DNA of 64,000 nucleotides from Lama guanicoe (Eukaryota): the NCBI GenBank assembly GCA_013239625.1, contig MU054391.1, positions 1,056,001 to 1,120,000 on the forward strand, read 5' to 3'. Both the position numbers and the translations under genes were made by a program. The notes beneath the pieces are model-generated. The model had not been told where the DNA came from. It saw only the letters and a program-made list of their open reading frames with translations, and ran no database searches. Shown piece by piece: positions 1 through 14,010 of the stretch. The first letter of the stretch is position 1; every line of letters begins with the position of its first letter.

Positions 1-921
1 TTTTGCAGCCTCGTCCAGGCACAGTTCAGCCTGTCCCTCTGTCCCCTGCGTCGTGCAAACTGCCCTGGGCCGCGGGGCCCAAGCAGGGTCCACCCCCTGG
101 CAGGCCCCGGGTTGCATGCTTCCAGCAGGACAGAGCTGGCGCCTGATTAAATGCTGTGCTGTAGCCAGGCGATGAGGCTGGGTGAGGGGTACACGGATTC
201 AGCGACGTCTGTCATTTATTTTTCCTGCTGGAGCACTTTCCCAGGGAGCAGCTCATACTCACCCGCCCTTCGGTCCCTCAATAGACTCCGCACAGGAAAA
301 GGCAGGATTAGCGCTTGATTTCAGCCTATTTACTGTTGTCAGGATAATGAATTTGTTCCCTATCGTCCTCCAAAGGGGACCAATTAGGGTTTCCGCACTG
401 CCTTGCTAACGCGCAGATCTACACATTTAGCAGGTTTCTACACCTTCTAGCCGCTGCCCTCCTGAAGTCCTGATGGCTCCTCCCCGAGGCCGTCTGACCC
501 GACTCCCGGCGTCTGTGACGGCGCTCCTGCCGCGTCAAGGTGTCCCAGAGTCGCTGTCCCTTTCCTGCTCGTTTCCTCAGGGGCTCTGGCTTCTCTCACT
601 GGGGGACGGCACCTGCAGACCAGCACCTGGGTGCGGGGATGGTCTTTGCCATCAGATGGGCGCTGTCTCCAGGCTTCCCCAGCGCTGGCTGGAATCAGCC
701 ACCCTGCGAGCCTGTTCTCATGCTCACAATCCGCATCCAGGACAGCAGGCTTTTTGCTTTGTCTCTCACACATCACTCTCCAGCATCTTTCTTCTACATC
801 CGAAACCGATCAAGGGCTGAGCAGGCGACTGAATTAGAATATCTCATAATTACTTTGTTTTGCTTTATTACAAAAAAAATCAGTCTCAGAATAATACTAC
901 ATATTACTACCGATATAATTA

Positions 922-1435
922 TTTTTTTTTACTTTTTTTATTGAGCGACAGTCATTTTACAATGTTGTGTCAAATTCCAGCATAGAGCACAATTTTTCAG
1001 TTACACATGAACATACATACATTCATTGTCACATTCTCTTCTGCTGTGAGCCACCACAAGATCCTGTATGTATTTCCCTGTGCTACACAGTACAGTCTTG
1101 TTTAGCTATTCTACATTCTGAACTCCCAGTCTGTCCCTTCCCACCCCCTGCCCCCTTGGCAACCACAAGTTTGTATTCTATGTCTATGAGTCTGTTTCTG
1201 TTTTGTATTTACATTTTTTTTCCTTTAGATTCCACATATGAGCAACTTCATATGGTATTTTTCTTTCTCTTCCTGGCTTACTTCACTTAGAATGACATTC
1301 TCCACGGACATCCATGTTTCTGCAAATGGCATTATGTTGTCAGTTTTTACGGCTGAATAGTGTTCCATTGTATAAATATACCACTTCTTTATCATCTGTT
1401 GATGGACATTGAGGCTGTTTCCATGTCCTGGCTAT
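922..1435 (-). mobile_element. L1 3' end fragment (ORF2 C-terminus + 3' UTR)
   Basis: Poly-T start; same 3' UTR family as the copies at 23.4 kb, 51.1 kb and 58.5 kb. Confidence 0.9.
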
Positions 1436-4400
1436 TTTTAAGAATTGTTTTTACAGTTGGTTGTCTCGTTCTCTCCCCATTTTCATAGTTTAATTATACT
1501 ATTGAAGGACACAGCTGTCAAAGACCAGACTCTCGCTCTCCCCCTTGTTCAGTGTCATTCTCACAAGGAGCCGAGTGCCCCCTGGCGTCACAGTCTCTCT
1601 CCTCAGACGTGTCAGGTCATTCTGGTCTACTGATGCTCATCTCCGCATAGACCTTCAAGAAAGGGTCAAGAGAGCACATGCCCCAAGTTCTTCAGCGTCT
1701 TTTTTGCTGGATATAAAATTCCTTGATTCCTGTTTCCTTAAGCATCTTAAAAATGCCATTCCCTTTTCATGTACAATGTCCCACCAAGCTGGCCTGACAG
1801 GCATCCCCGTCTCTGCTTTTGGCACCACACCCGTGAACGCACTTCTACCCTCCTCTTCAGATTCCTCCCGACCAACCGATATCCCAAAGCCCTCACGTTT
1901 TCTTCGGGCTTTCCCACCGCTCTTTGCCTTGGCTAGAAGCCGGCCCTCCTTGGGGACACTTCTCCCTGCTGCCCGACCAGAGGGACAAGGTTGTCAGCAT
2001 CCGGAGCCAACGAGGGGGCCACTGACCGACCACAGTGCTTAGCCCCACACACAGCACCGTGGTGCCTGACTACGTGTTGACTGAGGAAATGGACAAATGA
2101 GCACCTTTGGCAAGCAAAATCTAACACCAGGGGAACTACAACAGTTTTATAAGGAAAAAAAAAGGAAAGGGGAGAAAAAATAATGCTTCTCAGAGTAAGA
2201 ACAGTCCCTGACATTTATAACTAGGACTTAGCTTACAAGCGACCAAACCGTGTTGCTGCATGTCCTGATACAAGTTCCTCCTGAAAGGAAAAGGAATCTG
2301 AGGACGTATCCTCTAAGACAGACAGACAGGTTTTAGAATCCTAACTATAATTCCAATTCATCTTAACTAAGAACCCCTGGGTTCTTAATCTTCAAAGAAA
2401 ACAAAGAGGAAAATGAACTTTCTATAAACAGAGGACGCATCCGTCCTTCAAGGCCCTGGACCAATTTCAGGAACTCTCCCTGACCCTCTCCCCCTCTTTG
2501 GGGCAGTGCTTTGGCTTAACCCTTTCCATGGACCACTCTACTAGAGCAATTCGATGGGTGCCTGGTTTCCCCACGGAGCAGGAATGTTTTCCCTTTGAGT
2601 CCTTCCTAAACACAGGAATAGCTTATCACACAGATTACTCAAAGGTGTATCAAACTGGAGAGTATTTTCATTCTAACCACTGTCATATTCTCATTAGAAG
2701 ATGACATATATTTGAGGATGTGCAATAAGCACTGATGAAAGATTTGATAGTCTGTCTTCATACCTGCACATACATACATACATACTTTAAAAGCTGTGTG
2801 AGGTACGTGGAGACCCTCCTGAGACAGTCAACAGATCAGAAACGAGAGAGGATGTTTCCTCGAGATCAGATTTGAATGGAGATTTGGGGAAAACGCACTG
2901 CTCTCTCGAACGTGGAAGTAATAGTGTTGGTCCTTGACCCTCCACTCGGTCACATTTAAACAGTCATCTCCAGGGGCCCATTTGTTTGAAAAGGAGCCCC
3001 AAACATTTTACAAAAAATTGAACTAAGGCAATTTAGACCAAAGAAATAAGATGAGGAAAGTAATGAGAAGAAATGCCTCGTCCTGACCAGTCTACTCTCA
3101 GTCTTGAACAATATGATTATTTTCCTGGTATTAACCTGCAGTACATTATTATTTTTCGGGGTCTCTGACCACCTAGGGGAAAGATGAATAAATACACACT
3201 TACAATGCGTCAGAAACAGACTGGCAAGAAGACTTGGGATAAAGTATCGCGACTGCATGCCCAGGTCTAGCTTTTGAATACATTCTGTTCCACGCCAAAA
3301 TAAAAAATGTCTGTAAACACAAGCGTCCTCTTGCAGCTTCACGTTCCATCCATACTGTTGTATCACTGTGCACACGCTGTACCTTGTTCTCCACTGTTCT
3401 CTTCAGTAGATTTGATCAATTCCCTGAAGGGGAGCGGGCCCGGGTGTAGTCACTGTGACCACAGGAGATCTTTCTTCCTCAAGTAGGTTTGTTTTCTTTC
3501 CAGTCACTTCTGTTTTGTGGTTAAAGTATAATTTGATTCTGTTTCAGGTGCATTTGGGACAATTTTTCTCTAACTTCACAGTGTACAGCAGTGAGGAGAC
3601 ACTTGGTTCTCCAGTGTTTTCCATTTTCTCAGTAACTTCCACCACGTTCAGCAGATTTCTGAACCATACCAATGGGGTCTTACCGCATACAATTTTTACC
3701 TCAACTTTGCAATTACTAGATGCCAACATGAAAACGCGTGTTACACGCAGGCACCACACGCCAGCCTTCAAAGTCACGGAGACGTCGGTTCACGCTGACG
3801 GAGCCCCTGCCCGCCGTGGGGAGCCCCGTGGACCATGGTTTCAGGGACTTGGGCAGGAGCCGCCCCAGCACCAGCGGCGGGGCCGTGTGTCCTGGTTACT
3901 AACCACAGCGCGCTCTTCTGGCGCCTGGGTCTCTCTCTCTCCCCCTCATCCTCTTTTTGACCAGAGCAAAATGAGTGTTTCTTTACGTCCCAGCATTCTC
4001 ACTGTTGATAAACTACCTTCTGTCCCTTCTGAGCCCAGTTATTCCCCCCTGTGGCTTCGAGGCCTCCCTGCCCTCCGGCCCCGGTGCCTCGTCACGCTCC
4101 TTCGGCTCCCTGAGGCCCCTGCAGGCACACCATCAGCCGTCGGGGCCGTCGCCACGCCCTCCCGGGTAGCTTACACCGTGTCCAACTTTCTCATGTTCCG
4201 TTCCAACTACTCTGCGTCCTTTCTCCCAGCTCCTTCCTTCAGAGAAAGCCTACCCCAGGCACGCGTCACTTTCTGTAAAGGAAATAGGAGAGAAAATACA
4301 GCAGGTACGTTTCCATTCCCTTTTATATATAGTTTGATTTCTGCTACTCAGCAGGGTAAGTCCTTGTCTCGCAGGCGAAGGCGGCCCCGTGGGAGGCAGG

Positions 4401-6200
4401 ACCTAGCGCCTCTCCCCAGGTCTCGGGGTGCTGGGCACAGGCTCAGGCTGCAGCTGGCAGGCAGAGCTGAGTGCCTGTCCACGCGGCTCGGCACTGGGAG
4501 ACGGGTGCTGCCAGGGAGTGAGCTCTCCAGAAACCACCTCTTCAGCAGCAGGTCAAAAGCGTGAGGCTTTGGGGTCAGACATCCTAGAAAAAAATGCTTC
4601 ATCTCTACATCCAAGCAATTCTGAGACCATCTCTCTCCTGTCTTACCTTCCACCCCGTTTTATTTTCCAGGCTACAGCTCATCAAATGCTTGTACGTCTA
4701 TGTTTCAATCACAGGAATGATGACACAGAATACATACTCAAGACGGCTGCCCTCGCCCCGTGTGCGCACGACCACTCCAACGTCTGCAAGGATCACGGCT
4801 TTCACCTGGAGTCTTGCCCAAAGAGCAGCTCCGACAGTGCAAATGGAAATGCCACCATGTGACCATTCCATAACAGAGCGGAAGGCAGAATCCAGGCCAT
4901 GCCAGAGAGAAAAAAGTGCACCCTCACTTGTGTAAATCTGCAGGTGGGTGTAGGAGCAATTTGGCAAAGCTCTTTCCCAGCCAGTGCTTCTACCAAACCT
5001 AACTGACAGTATTGATTTATTGAGCCTCTCTAATGGGCCCGATACTCAGCTAAGACCCAGGACAGTAATAACAGCGACCACTTACAGAACAATGTTAAGT
5101 GCTGCCCATCAAGGTGGGTGCTTTCCGCGTGTCGTTCTCTCTCTCTCTCCGCACACCTGCCTTCAAGTTGTGCGACTCGGTCCACCACACAACCATGGAG
5201 AAAACACAACAGTGAGGGGTTACAAAATGCATACAAGTTCACAAGCTGATCGTGTTGTCTACAAAACCAGCTCTATGTAGATTTTATTGCTTTGACAAAT
5301 ATTCCTCTAAGACAGGATTTGACCAAGTAACATTTCAGTATTCACAATATTTTTGAGTATTTCACTGAGCATACATTTATCCACTTAAAAATCAGAGCTC
5401 CATCAAATATTTCACTCCAGGAAATGACCTATGCTTATTTACAAAGTAACTCTTCAAAGAATTAAATATGCTGTTTATGCATAGTCACATTGAAGTTTCC
5501 CTTTTGTAGTCAATGCCATCGTCACAGAAATGTTGTAGTTCGCTTATTTGGCACGTGTGTGTGTATTTGAAAACTTTTTCTGTCTCTATGGTGAAATATC
5601 AGTGTGTTTAGACAGAAAAACAAATTACACTTGCATCTACTACCACCGACTCCAAACGCGCTTCTGCTCCGCAGGTTTCTTAATTCAGTACAAACACGAC
5701 TTCCACGATGCCAGGCTCCGTCAAAACTTGTCTTCTTAATTCCACTGCAAACAAAGACAACTGTGTCTTCAGTGTTAAGCCTCTCAACCATACTGACCAG
5801 GTCCCCCAACACGCTCAGCTCTTCAGCTCCTGGCACAGAAGGGTCAGCTGGCTCTGTGATTTACCTGATTTCTTTCTTTGAAGCATCAGATGGCAGTGAG
5901 GCCGAGCCCAGACATCGGAACCAGCACAGTAGCAGCGGTTGCTGTATTCTTTGTACCTGCACGAGGAGGCTTGGATTTGGGAGAGAAAGACTGATGCAGA
6001 AGAACGCTTTCTGCCCTGCTTCACTGTGTGATAAGGAACGGCACGTGTGACTCACTGTCCTCAGGCGCATCAGACCACAAGGACAGGAAAGAAGAAGAGC
6101 TGACGTGGATGGAGGGAACCAGGGAGACACGGAAACCACAGGGCACGCGGGCCGGAAGGCCTGTGGCTGAGGTAACAGCACTGAACCAGTCTTTCCACAG

Positions 6201-8045
6201 TCAGGTGGTGGTCACTTTAACAGTACCAGTTCTTCTCATCCAAGAACATGGTGTGTCTTTCCACCTGTCCGTGTCACCTTCGGTTTCTTTCATCAGTGTC
6301 TTAGAGGTTTCAGAGCACAAGCCTTCTGCCTCCTTGGGTAAGTTTATTCCCAGGCATTTTATCTTTTTGATGTGACAGTAAATAGGTTGTTTCCTTAATT
6401 TCTTCTTCTGACGCTTCATTGTTAGTGGGTAGAAATGCAACGTATTTCTGTATATTAATTTTGTAATCTGCAACTTTACGGAATTCAAGGATGAGAAATC
6501 CCTGTCAAAATACCACTGGCATGTTTTACAGAACTAGAACAAATAATTTTTAAATTTGTGTGGATGCACAAAAGACCCCAAACAGCCACAGCAATCTTGA
6601 GGAAGAACAGAGCTGGAGGAATCATGCTCCCTGACTTCAGACTACACCACAAAGCAACAGCCATCAACACAGTATGATTCCAGCCCCAAAACAGACACAT
6701 AGGTCAATGGAACAGGTTAGAAAGCCCAGGAACAAACCCATACACTTATTGTCAATTAATCTATGACAAAGGAGGCAAGAATATTCAGTGGAGAAAAGAC
6801 AGTCTCTTCAACAAATGGTGCTGGGGAAACCAGACAGCTGTATGCAAAAGGATGAAATTAAGACATCCTCTAACACCATGTACAGAAACAAACTCAAAAT
6901 GGATTAAAGCCCGCCACGCAAGACTGGATCCCATGAAACTCCTAGAGGAAAACACAGGCAGACACTCTGACATCAATCTTACTTACGGATTTTTTGGGAC
7001 CTACTTACTAACACAAAGGAAATAAAGGAAAAATAAATAAATGGGACCTAATTAAACAAAAGCTTTTGCACAGCAAAGGTAACCATCAACAAGATGGAAA
7101 GACAGCCTCCTGAACGGGAGGAAATCTCTGCAAATTACGTGGCCAGTAAGGGGTTAACCCCTAGCACATGTAACCAGCTCACACCACTCAGCACCAAAAA
7201 GCACACAATCCAAACACAAAGTGGGCGGGGGAACTGGACAGACATCTTTCCAAAGGGGAAATGCAGACGGCCACCAGGCTCGTGGAAACACGCTCAACAG
7301 CACTCATCCTCAGGCACACACAAATCCAGACCACAGCGTCGCCTCCGCCTGCCAGAATGGCTGTCATCAAAGGAACACAAGTGACAAATGCCGTCGAGGA
7401 CGTGGAGGGAAGAGACCCCTCGTACACGGCTGCTGGGGGTGCACATCGGTGCAGCCACTGGGGAGAACAGCATGGGGGCTCCTCACAACACTAGAAGAGG
7501 AACTACCACGTGACCCAGCAATTCCACTCCGGGGTATGTACACAGAGAAAGCAAAGACACCAAGTATAAAAGACACACGCCCTCCAGTGTTCGCAGCAGC
7601 GCTATTTACAGTTGCCGAGACACGCAAGCCACCTAAGCGCCCACCAGCAGAGGACTGGATGAAACAGCCGTGGCGTGTGCGCACACAACAGGATACCACG
7701 TGGCACGAAAAATAGTGAACTCTGCCATTCGCAGCAACACGGATGGACACGGAGGGCATGACGCTAAGTGAAGTCAGTCAGACAGGGAAAGACGAATACA
7801 GTATGATGCAACTTACATGTGCAATCTGAAAACTACAACAAACGAGTGAATGTGAATACGACCAACAAAAGCAGCAGCCTCACGGAGCACAAACGAGTGG
7901 TCACCAGAGGGAAGGGCAAGTGGGGAGGGCGTGGGAGGGACAAACGGTCGGGGGTCAAGCCAGGCCCAAGGATGTACACCCAACACAGGGAATATAGGCA
8001 ATACTTTGTAACAACTGCAAACAGAAAGTAACCTTTAAAAAGGAT
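6201..8045 (+). mobile_element. 5'-inverted, 5'-truncated L1 (6201-6487 inverted; ~6497-8045 sense)
   Basis: The minus ORF 6201-6488 gives ORF2 KCLGINLPKE...WKDTPCSW. The plus part resumes at the adjacent ORF2 motif IPVKIP...FTELE and continues to the 3' UTR. Confidence 0.85.
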
Positions 8046-8504
8046 GTAATTTTTTATGTAAGAAAGTCTGATAAAAGTTAAAAGAAACAGGGTTAGAACA
8101 GTGCCTAACAATTACCAAAAACACTATTTCAACAGTCAGTTCACAAGTGTGTAAGTTGCTAACATCAGAGGAAGCCGGGCACAGGTCATGCAGAGACTGG
8201 ACAACATTTCATGTCTGAATTTATTTAAAGTTATACAAAGGCTGTTAATATTTGAAGTGGATGTGACTGTTTCCCTGGCAGATTTGTGACTTGTGGATTT
8301 CACGGGCCCTGTGACATCACCAGGTCACCTTTGTTAATGGAAATGTTGGCAGCTCTGTGGACAGGGCAGATTGCTCATTGCCTTCTGGAAGGACGGACTT
8401 CGTTTATTCTTTAAACGTATCCCTCTTGTGGTATGTTTTTACCCTTCACCCCTCCTCTCTGTCTTCCTTCCTAAAAATTAGCTGCTAAAAAAGTTTATTG
8501 CAAA

Positions 8505-8800
8505 ATTTTGTGAAATGGTTGAAGGGGGTCAAAAGACACAAACTTCCAGTTATAAGACACGTGAGCTCTGAGGGAGGTGTCGCTCCAGCCTGGGGACTGT
8601 CGTTAATGACACCGTGCTGCACATTTGAAAGTTGCTAACAGAGTAGATCTTAGAAGCAGATCATCAAAGAAAGACTATGCAAGGACATGGATGTTAGGCA
8701 GACTTAGATCATTTCTCAATACCTACCAATATTGAGTCGTTTTCTTACATACTTGAAACTCACATACTGTCATATGTCAGTTACAGCTCAATAAAAAATT
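8505..8800 (+). mobile_element. Old L1 (L1MA-like) 3' UTR fragment
   Basis: Typical L1MA 3' end motifs (caaacttccagttataag...gaaagttgctaacagagtagatctta...ctcaataaaaaa). Confidence 0.7.
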
Positions 8801-11800
8801 ACCCACAAGAAAAGAAAAATCATTATTAAATAACAAAAGAAATAAAGATGAACTCACGCTAAGATGAATGGTAAAGCCACTGCAGTAGGACGACCCAGAC
8901 CAAGCTCTGAGCTACGACACAGCCCCTTCCCGACTCGGCGTGTCACAGGCAGTAGGTGTCTGGAGGCCTCACGCGGCTGACACTGGCTGGGACGGGGGTG
9001 GCCGGCCCCGTGGCACTGAATACGTCTCCAACTGTGGCTCAGACCACTGGGACAGTTTTTCCAACCCCCGTCCGAAGCATTGCTTTGTCCCTGGGGATGC
9101 CTATGGTGGGAGCCGTTGCTCATTTTGACTTAGAAAGTGCTGACCACAGGAAGGGGGTTCTTACTGGTCGTCGTCCAGACTTAACCCCTCGTGCACGTGA
9201 ACGCTGTTCACTGCTCGTGCTGTGGACGCCGCCTGATGAGACCGGGAGGGAAGACGAAGCTGCAGCCTGGACCCCCACCCCCACCCCCTGCTTCTGCACG
9301 TTCGACGTGAGCAGCACGGTTCCCCGAAAGGAGACATCCAGATGCGGATGAAGCAATGATGCTGAGATGACCGCCCAGGCAGACAGGCTGGAGGATCAGG
9401 GTCCTCCTGACTTGAAGAGGTCTGAACCTGCAGGTGGGCCCTGCCCAGCTCACAGCCTCCCTCCTTCAGGGCATCTGTACTGGGGCAGTGCCCTGGCATC
9501 CTGGCAGCTCCTGCCACCTCTTCCCGCTGCTGTGGGTGACAGGGAAACTGAGGGACAGAGCAGTCATTGAGAGAGGTTCGCTGGCTGGCTGGCTGGCTGG
9601 GTCCCTTTTAGTGCTTTCAGTTGGCTGGTTGGTCTGGCTCTGATCGAGGACGTAGAAGCCCTTCAAAGCATTCTCATGTAAGGGGGTTAACACAGGGTCG
9701 GTGGCCTGCAGGACTGTTGAAAGATTTGGGGGAGAGGGGGTTGGGACCTGCTGCTGGTGGGTGGGCACTGTCCCCAAAGACCAGATGTGATGCAGACGGT
9801 CAGCCCCAGCCCTGGACACAGACTCCAGACGTCCTGAGCAGCTCCCGCCTCCTCTGTGCCTGCAGGGGAACACAGGGTCTCCCTGCAGCCCCACGCCTCG
9901 CCCCAGAGAATCAGCCTCCCTTCACCACCCCAGCCTGAACCCCTGGGACTGCCACCGGGACCCTGGCTCCCTGTGCAGGAGAACAGCATGAGAAACCAAG
10001 CTCTGCGTCCCGGGTGAGCTCGCTGCCACTGGTGTGGCTGCTCCCGGGCCCTCTCCGCCAACAACACAGGAAACATCCATGTGCACGCCCACTGAAACAC
10101 GCACACCTGCAGTTACATCTGTCTCCATCTGTTTCCCGTGAAGCTAAACACAAGATTGTGCTGGTGTCTCCAAGTCGAACTCAGCACAACTTGGTCCCTT
10201 CTGGTGGTCTTGTTTCGTTTCAGGACAGACTCTCTGTCTTCTGTCTTTTCAGCCACCCGGCTTTCTCTTATCAGCACACTTACCCACAGCAGTGCACTTC
10301 GTCTCTTCCTGTTTACACAGCTTTAGAGTCAGAAGAAAATTCTTGTTTGAATTGTGTGCAAAATACAAGAAAGTTGACCCCAAGTGAGAGTTTGAAAGGC
10401 CCTCTTATTAAAATCTTCACGATAAAACGTTTTACCGTCTCCTGGGGCCCCTTGGAGATGCCTGATGTCTACTCAGCTGCCCTCAGCTAAGTTCTAAGCA
10501 AGCAAGGTTGGCAGGCAGCTTAGCAGCGGTTAGTAACCTGCTACTGCTGCTGTGTGAGCTTTGGTGCAAATAGTAATGAGCTCTTTACCATCAGAGGCTC
10601 TCTTTAATTTTCTGTTTAGATGAGTTTAACACTCCTCAGTACCCCTTAAGCTCATTTATTCAGAACTCAGACATGAATGACTTTTGATCAGCCTGTAAGA
10701 CTGATCTATCGTTTATGTCACAGCAGACGTACGACTGCAGGTGTCTCCTGTGTGAGACTTCAGATGGCCTTTGCTACCCATGCAGGACCTGCTAAACCAC
10801 CTGAAGGCTTTCCAGGTGACTGCTAGGTGGACGCAGCCTCCTGGAAACAGTGAGAGCTGACTGTGAACCAGGGAGGCCTGGAAGCACAGGAGTTGGCACA
10901 AAGTGTGACCTGCGAGGCAGAGAGCAGTGGGTCCCAGGGCTGAGGGTGGACCAGCGCCCACAGACTGAAACAGACGGCCTGGGAGAGGGCCCATTTCTTG
11001 AGGACACATGGCCCAGTCCTACTGTCACAGACGATGACGTTTTAGGTCGGTCACATTTTAAATGTTCCGACTTCTCCACATTCTCGCCAGGCAGTGCTTC
11101 CTGAGCTGGGGGACCCAGCCTATGAACGCTGTTCTCTCATCCCATACAGAGGCTTCCTGGATTTCTGCTGGAGTCGGAAGACACAGCTCTTACTTCAGCA
11201 AATGCTGAATAGTTGCTTCTTTCCATGTTGAGTGGGCAGGAGGTGGCGGGGGGTGGGGGATGAGAAGCGAGTATTTTAACGGTGTAATAAACTGGGACCC
11301 CGCTGACCATGGCAGATTACTGGTCCCTCTCAAACTGCCACAGAAGTGACAGTAAAGGGACGTCAGGAAGGCTTAATCCCAAGGAAACAAGACCAATGAA
11401 ACCAAAGGAAAGGTGATGAAATGTCGGAAGCAGGAAAGCCTGTGGATGAAGGGCAGCGGTTCCTGCACCTGCTGTCCCCATCACCCGCTGCAGAAGCCCA
11501 GAGGCAGGCAGACTTGGGCCAGAGTCCGAGAAACGTGGAGCAATTAGGGACCACGTGCCCTGGAAAGCTAGGGGGGAGGGAGGCTGGAGCAGAAGTGTCC
11601 TGTGAAAGTCTTGAGCAGCAGTCATGTTTCTTGTAGATCATTTCCTCACCTGTTATAAGAGGAAGGGCGATGGACCCTCTCACAGAGTCAGAGACCCAGA
11701 GCTTTGTTTCTAGCAGAGGTTGGCTCTCAGGAATTGGGGTGCAGGCACAGAGGCAGCACAGGGGACACTGAAGACACCACACACAGAAGGGGACTCCCCA

Positions 11801-13779
11801 AACTCCCTCCTGAGAATCAGTGCAGGTAGACTCGAACCCCGCAGGTGGAATTTTGTAGGGTTCTTTCCCCACAAAGAATGAGACTCTCAAGAGGAAGATA
11901 TCCTGGTCCTGCATCTGGGGCCTCCCTGGTGGAACAGCTCGGCCAGACCGACCCAGGCCGACCGCCCTCGGGGCCGTGCACATGCAGGGAAGCCTGTCCG
12001 CTTACGTGGAGCTTCAAGTCAGCTTCTGAGGGGCAGGGTTTCCGGGTGCCTGAAAACAGCCTCCACTATGAAAATCAGACACACAACCAGACAAAAGGGA
12101 AGAAAAACTCAAACTTGTAGGACAAAAGTTACTGAAGAGAAGTTCAAAAATATGATATTTTCAGGACAGTAAGAGAAGACGTTGCACTCCTAAAACAAGA
12201 ATGAGAATTCACCTGAAAAGGAAGGGGATTCAAAGAGCCAAAAAGACCCCCTGGCATATGAAGATTTGACAGCACATGCAAAAAGTCCGGTAGAAGGACT
12301 GGAAGAAAGTCTTGTAAAATTTCCTAGAAAGCAGAACTAAAGAAAGATGTAAAATGGAAGCAAAAAAGGATACGGCTGTTACAGGACCCATTAAGTTCAA
12401 TGCCTAGTAAGAGAAAGAGAATGAATAGAGAATTAGGAGATTATGGAAGAACTGGATGTAATACACATCCACACCTGCAGGACACGGGATCGCGGATTAA
12501 GAAGCCTCACCCAGGACCTAGACTGCTGGTCAAAAAGGAGCCAAACGCAACCCTGATACGCGTGTCCATCCTCAGCCTCCTCCCGGGTGTTCTTCTGAGG
12601 AAGCCACCACAGGAGGGCCCATCCAAATTTCAGCAGCCACTCAAAGCAGGAAAACGGCATGGGATGCGAAACAGGAAGGAGGGGAAGGGATTTTCCGACA
12701 ATAGCGAGTGCAGCTCCCTGGAAACCGCAGCACAGTGAGACCGGAGGGAAGCCGGCTGCGTGGGGTCAGGGAGGGCTGGCCGCGGGCAGGGAAGCTCTAG
12801 GAGGGTGGGGCGCAGGTTTCCTGATGCAGAGAGCATCCTTCTGTAAGAGCCTGGACCTGCATTACAAAGCTGGAACAAACTATAAATACGCAGAGATAAT
12901 TATTACGCTAATGTAACAAACACAGTGAGCGAGAAGGGAGCGCCGTCAGCCAAGAAGCCTCAGTTGTAACATTTTGTGATAGTTATGAAGTAAACACTGG
13001 GTATCTTCTCTCAAAATCATGCTATACTGGTTTTGGAGACTGGATGGGGATGTGCTGGCGTATTTGGAATGAGTATGAGAGATCTGAAGCCTCATCTTCA
13101 AAAAGGAAAGTCCGCAGACACTGTCTTAACCAGAAACAACCAAAGGGGAAAAAACAGCAAAATAGGAGCATAATTCAGGAACAGAGAAGCAAGCAGAACA
13201 GTTGTCACATCTAAGAATGAGCAGCTGAAACCTGCAGCGGCTGCTTCTGAGGACAGAGTCACTGACCATCACTTTCTCCAAAGCCTTTAGGACTGCTTGA
13301 GTTTTTAACGCTCAGTGAATGTGTAATTTTAACTAAAGGAAACAAATTAAAGGAATGTATCTTTAAGGTGCCGAAGCTAGGTTTATGTTAATTCCTTCAT
13401 TTTATTCCAAAAATACGGAGGGGTTTGCTTCCCTCCCCATCACGTGGGTCAATCTCATTTTCCATCCCTTTCACTTCAGCATATTTGTAGTCTAGGGATG
13501 AACAGTAAGAAACAGAAAACAGAAAAATGCCAGATTTTAAAGTGCAACTTTTCTGAGCTAAAATGATTACAATTTTTGACATGTAGCAAATACGCACAAT
13601 TAACACCTCTATGGAAACTGGCCGCAGGATGGTTTGCCCGCTTGTAGGAAGTGGTCCCGCTGAGAAGCCTACAGCCCCGAAGTCCACGAGGGCGGCTCCC
13701 AGCACAGAGCCCCGCGGAAGCACCATGTGCCCCCAGAGGGCTCCTTTTTACACACATTCTGTGAAGTCCGCGTGCCTCA

Positions 13780-14010
13780 CGAGGGTGCAGTCAGCGCGGG
13801 CGCAGGGCTGCCTTCGCTGCTGGCAGCTCTGGGGATGAGTTCATCTCCAAGCCCCTGCAGGCTGTTGGCCGAATCCACACCCCTGCCAGCGTGGGGCTGA
13901 GGCCCCGCTTCTCCACTGACTGTCGCGGGGCCCGTCGTTGCCCTTAGGTGCTCCCCACGCCTCGGCCCTCGCTGGTCACGTGACTCTGCCCTTATGGCTT
14001 CGTCTGGGCT
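13780..14010. mobile_element. MaLR (MLT1-like) LTR fragment
   Basis: gctctggggatgagttcatctccaagccc...gctgttggccgaatcca...ggctgaggccccgcttctcc resembles MLT1 LTR sequence. Confidence 0.5.

Noticed and set aside
3455..4564. 369-aa plus-strand ORF
   Set aside because: Non-ATG start, low-complexity composition, antisense to the exon remnants and no recognisable domain.
2500..5800. Possible endogenous RNA-virus (bornavirus-like) polymerase on the minus strand
   Set aside because: No RdRp motifs found. The coding-like patches resolve into splice-site-bounded exons of the MICU-like gene.
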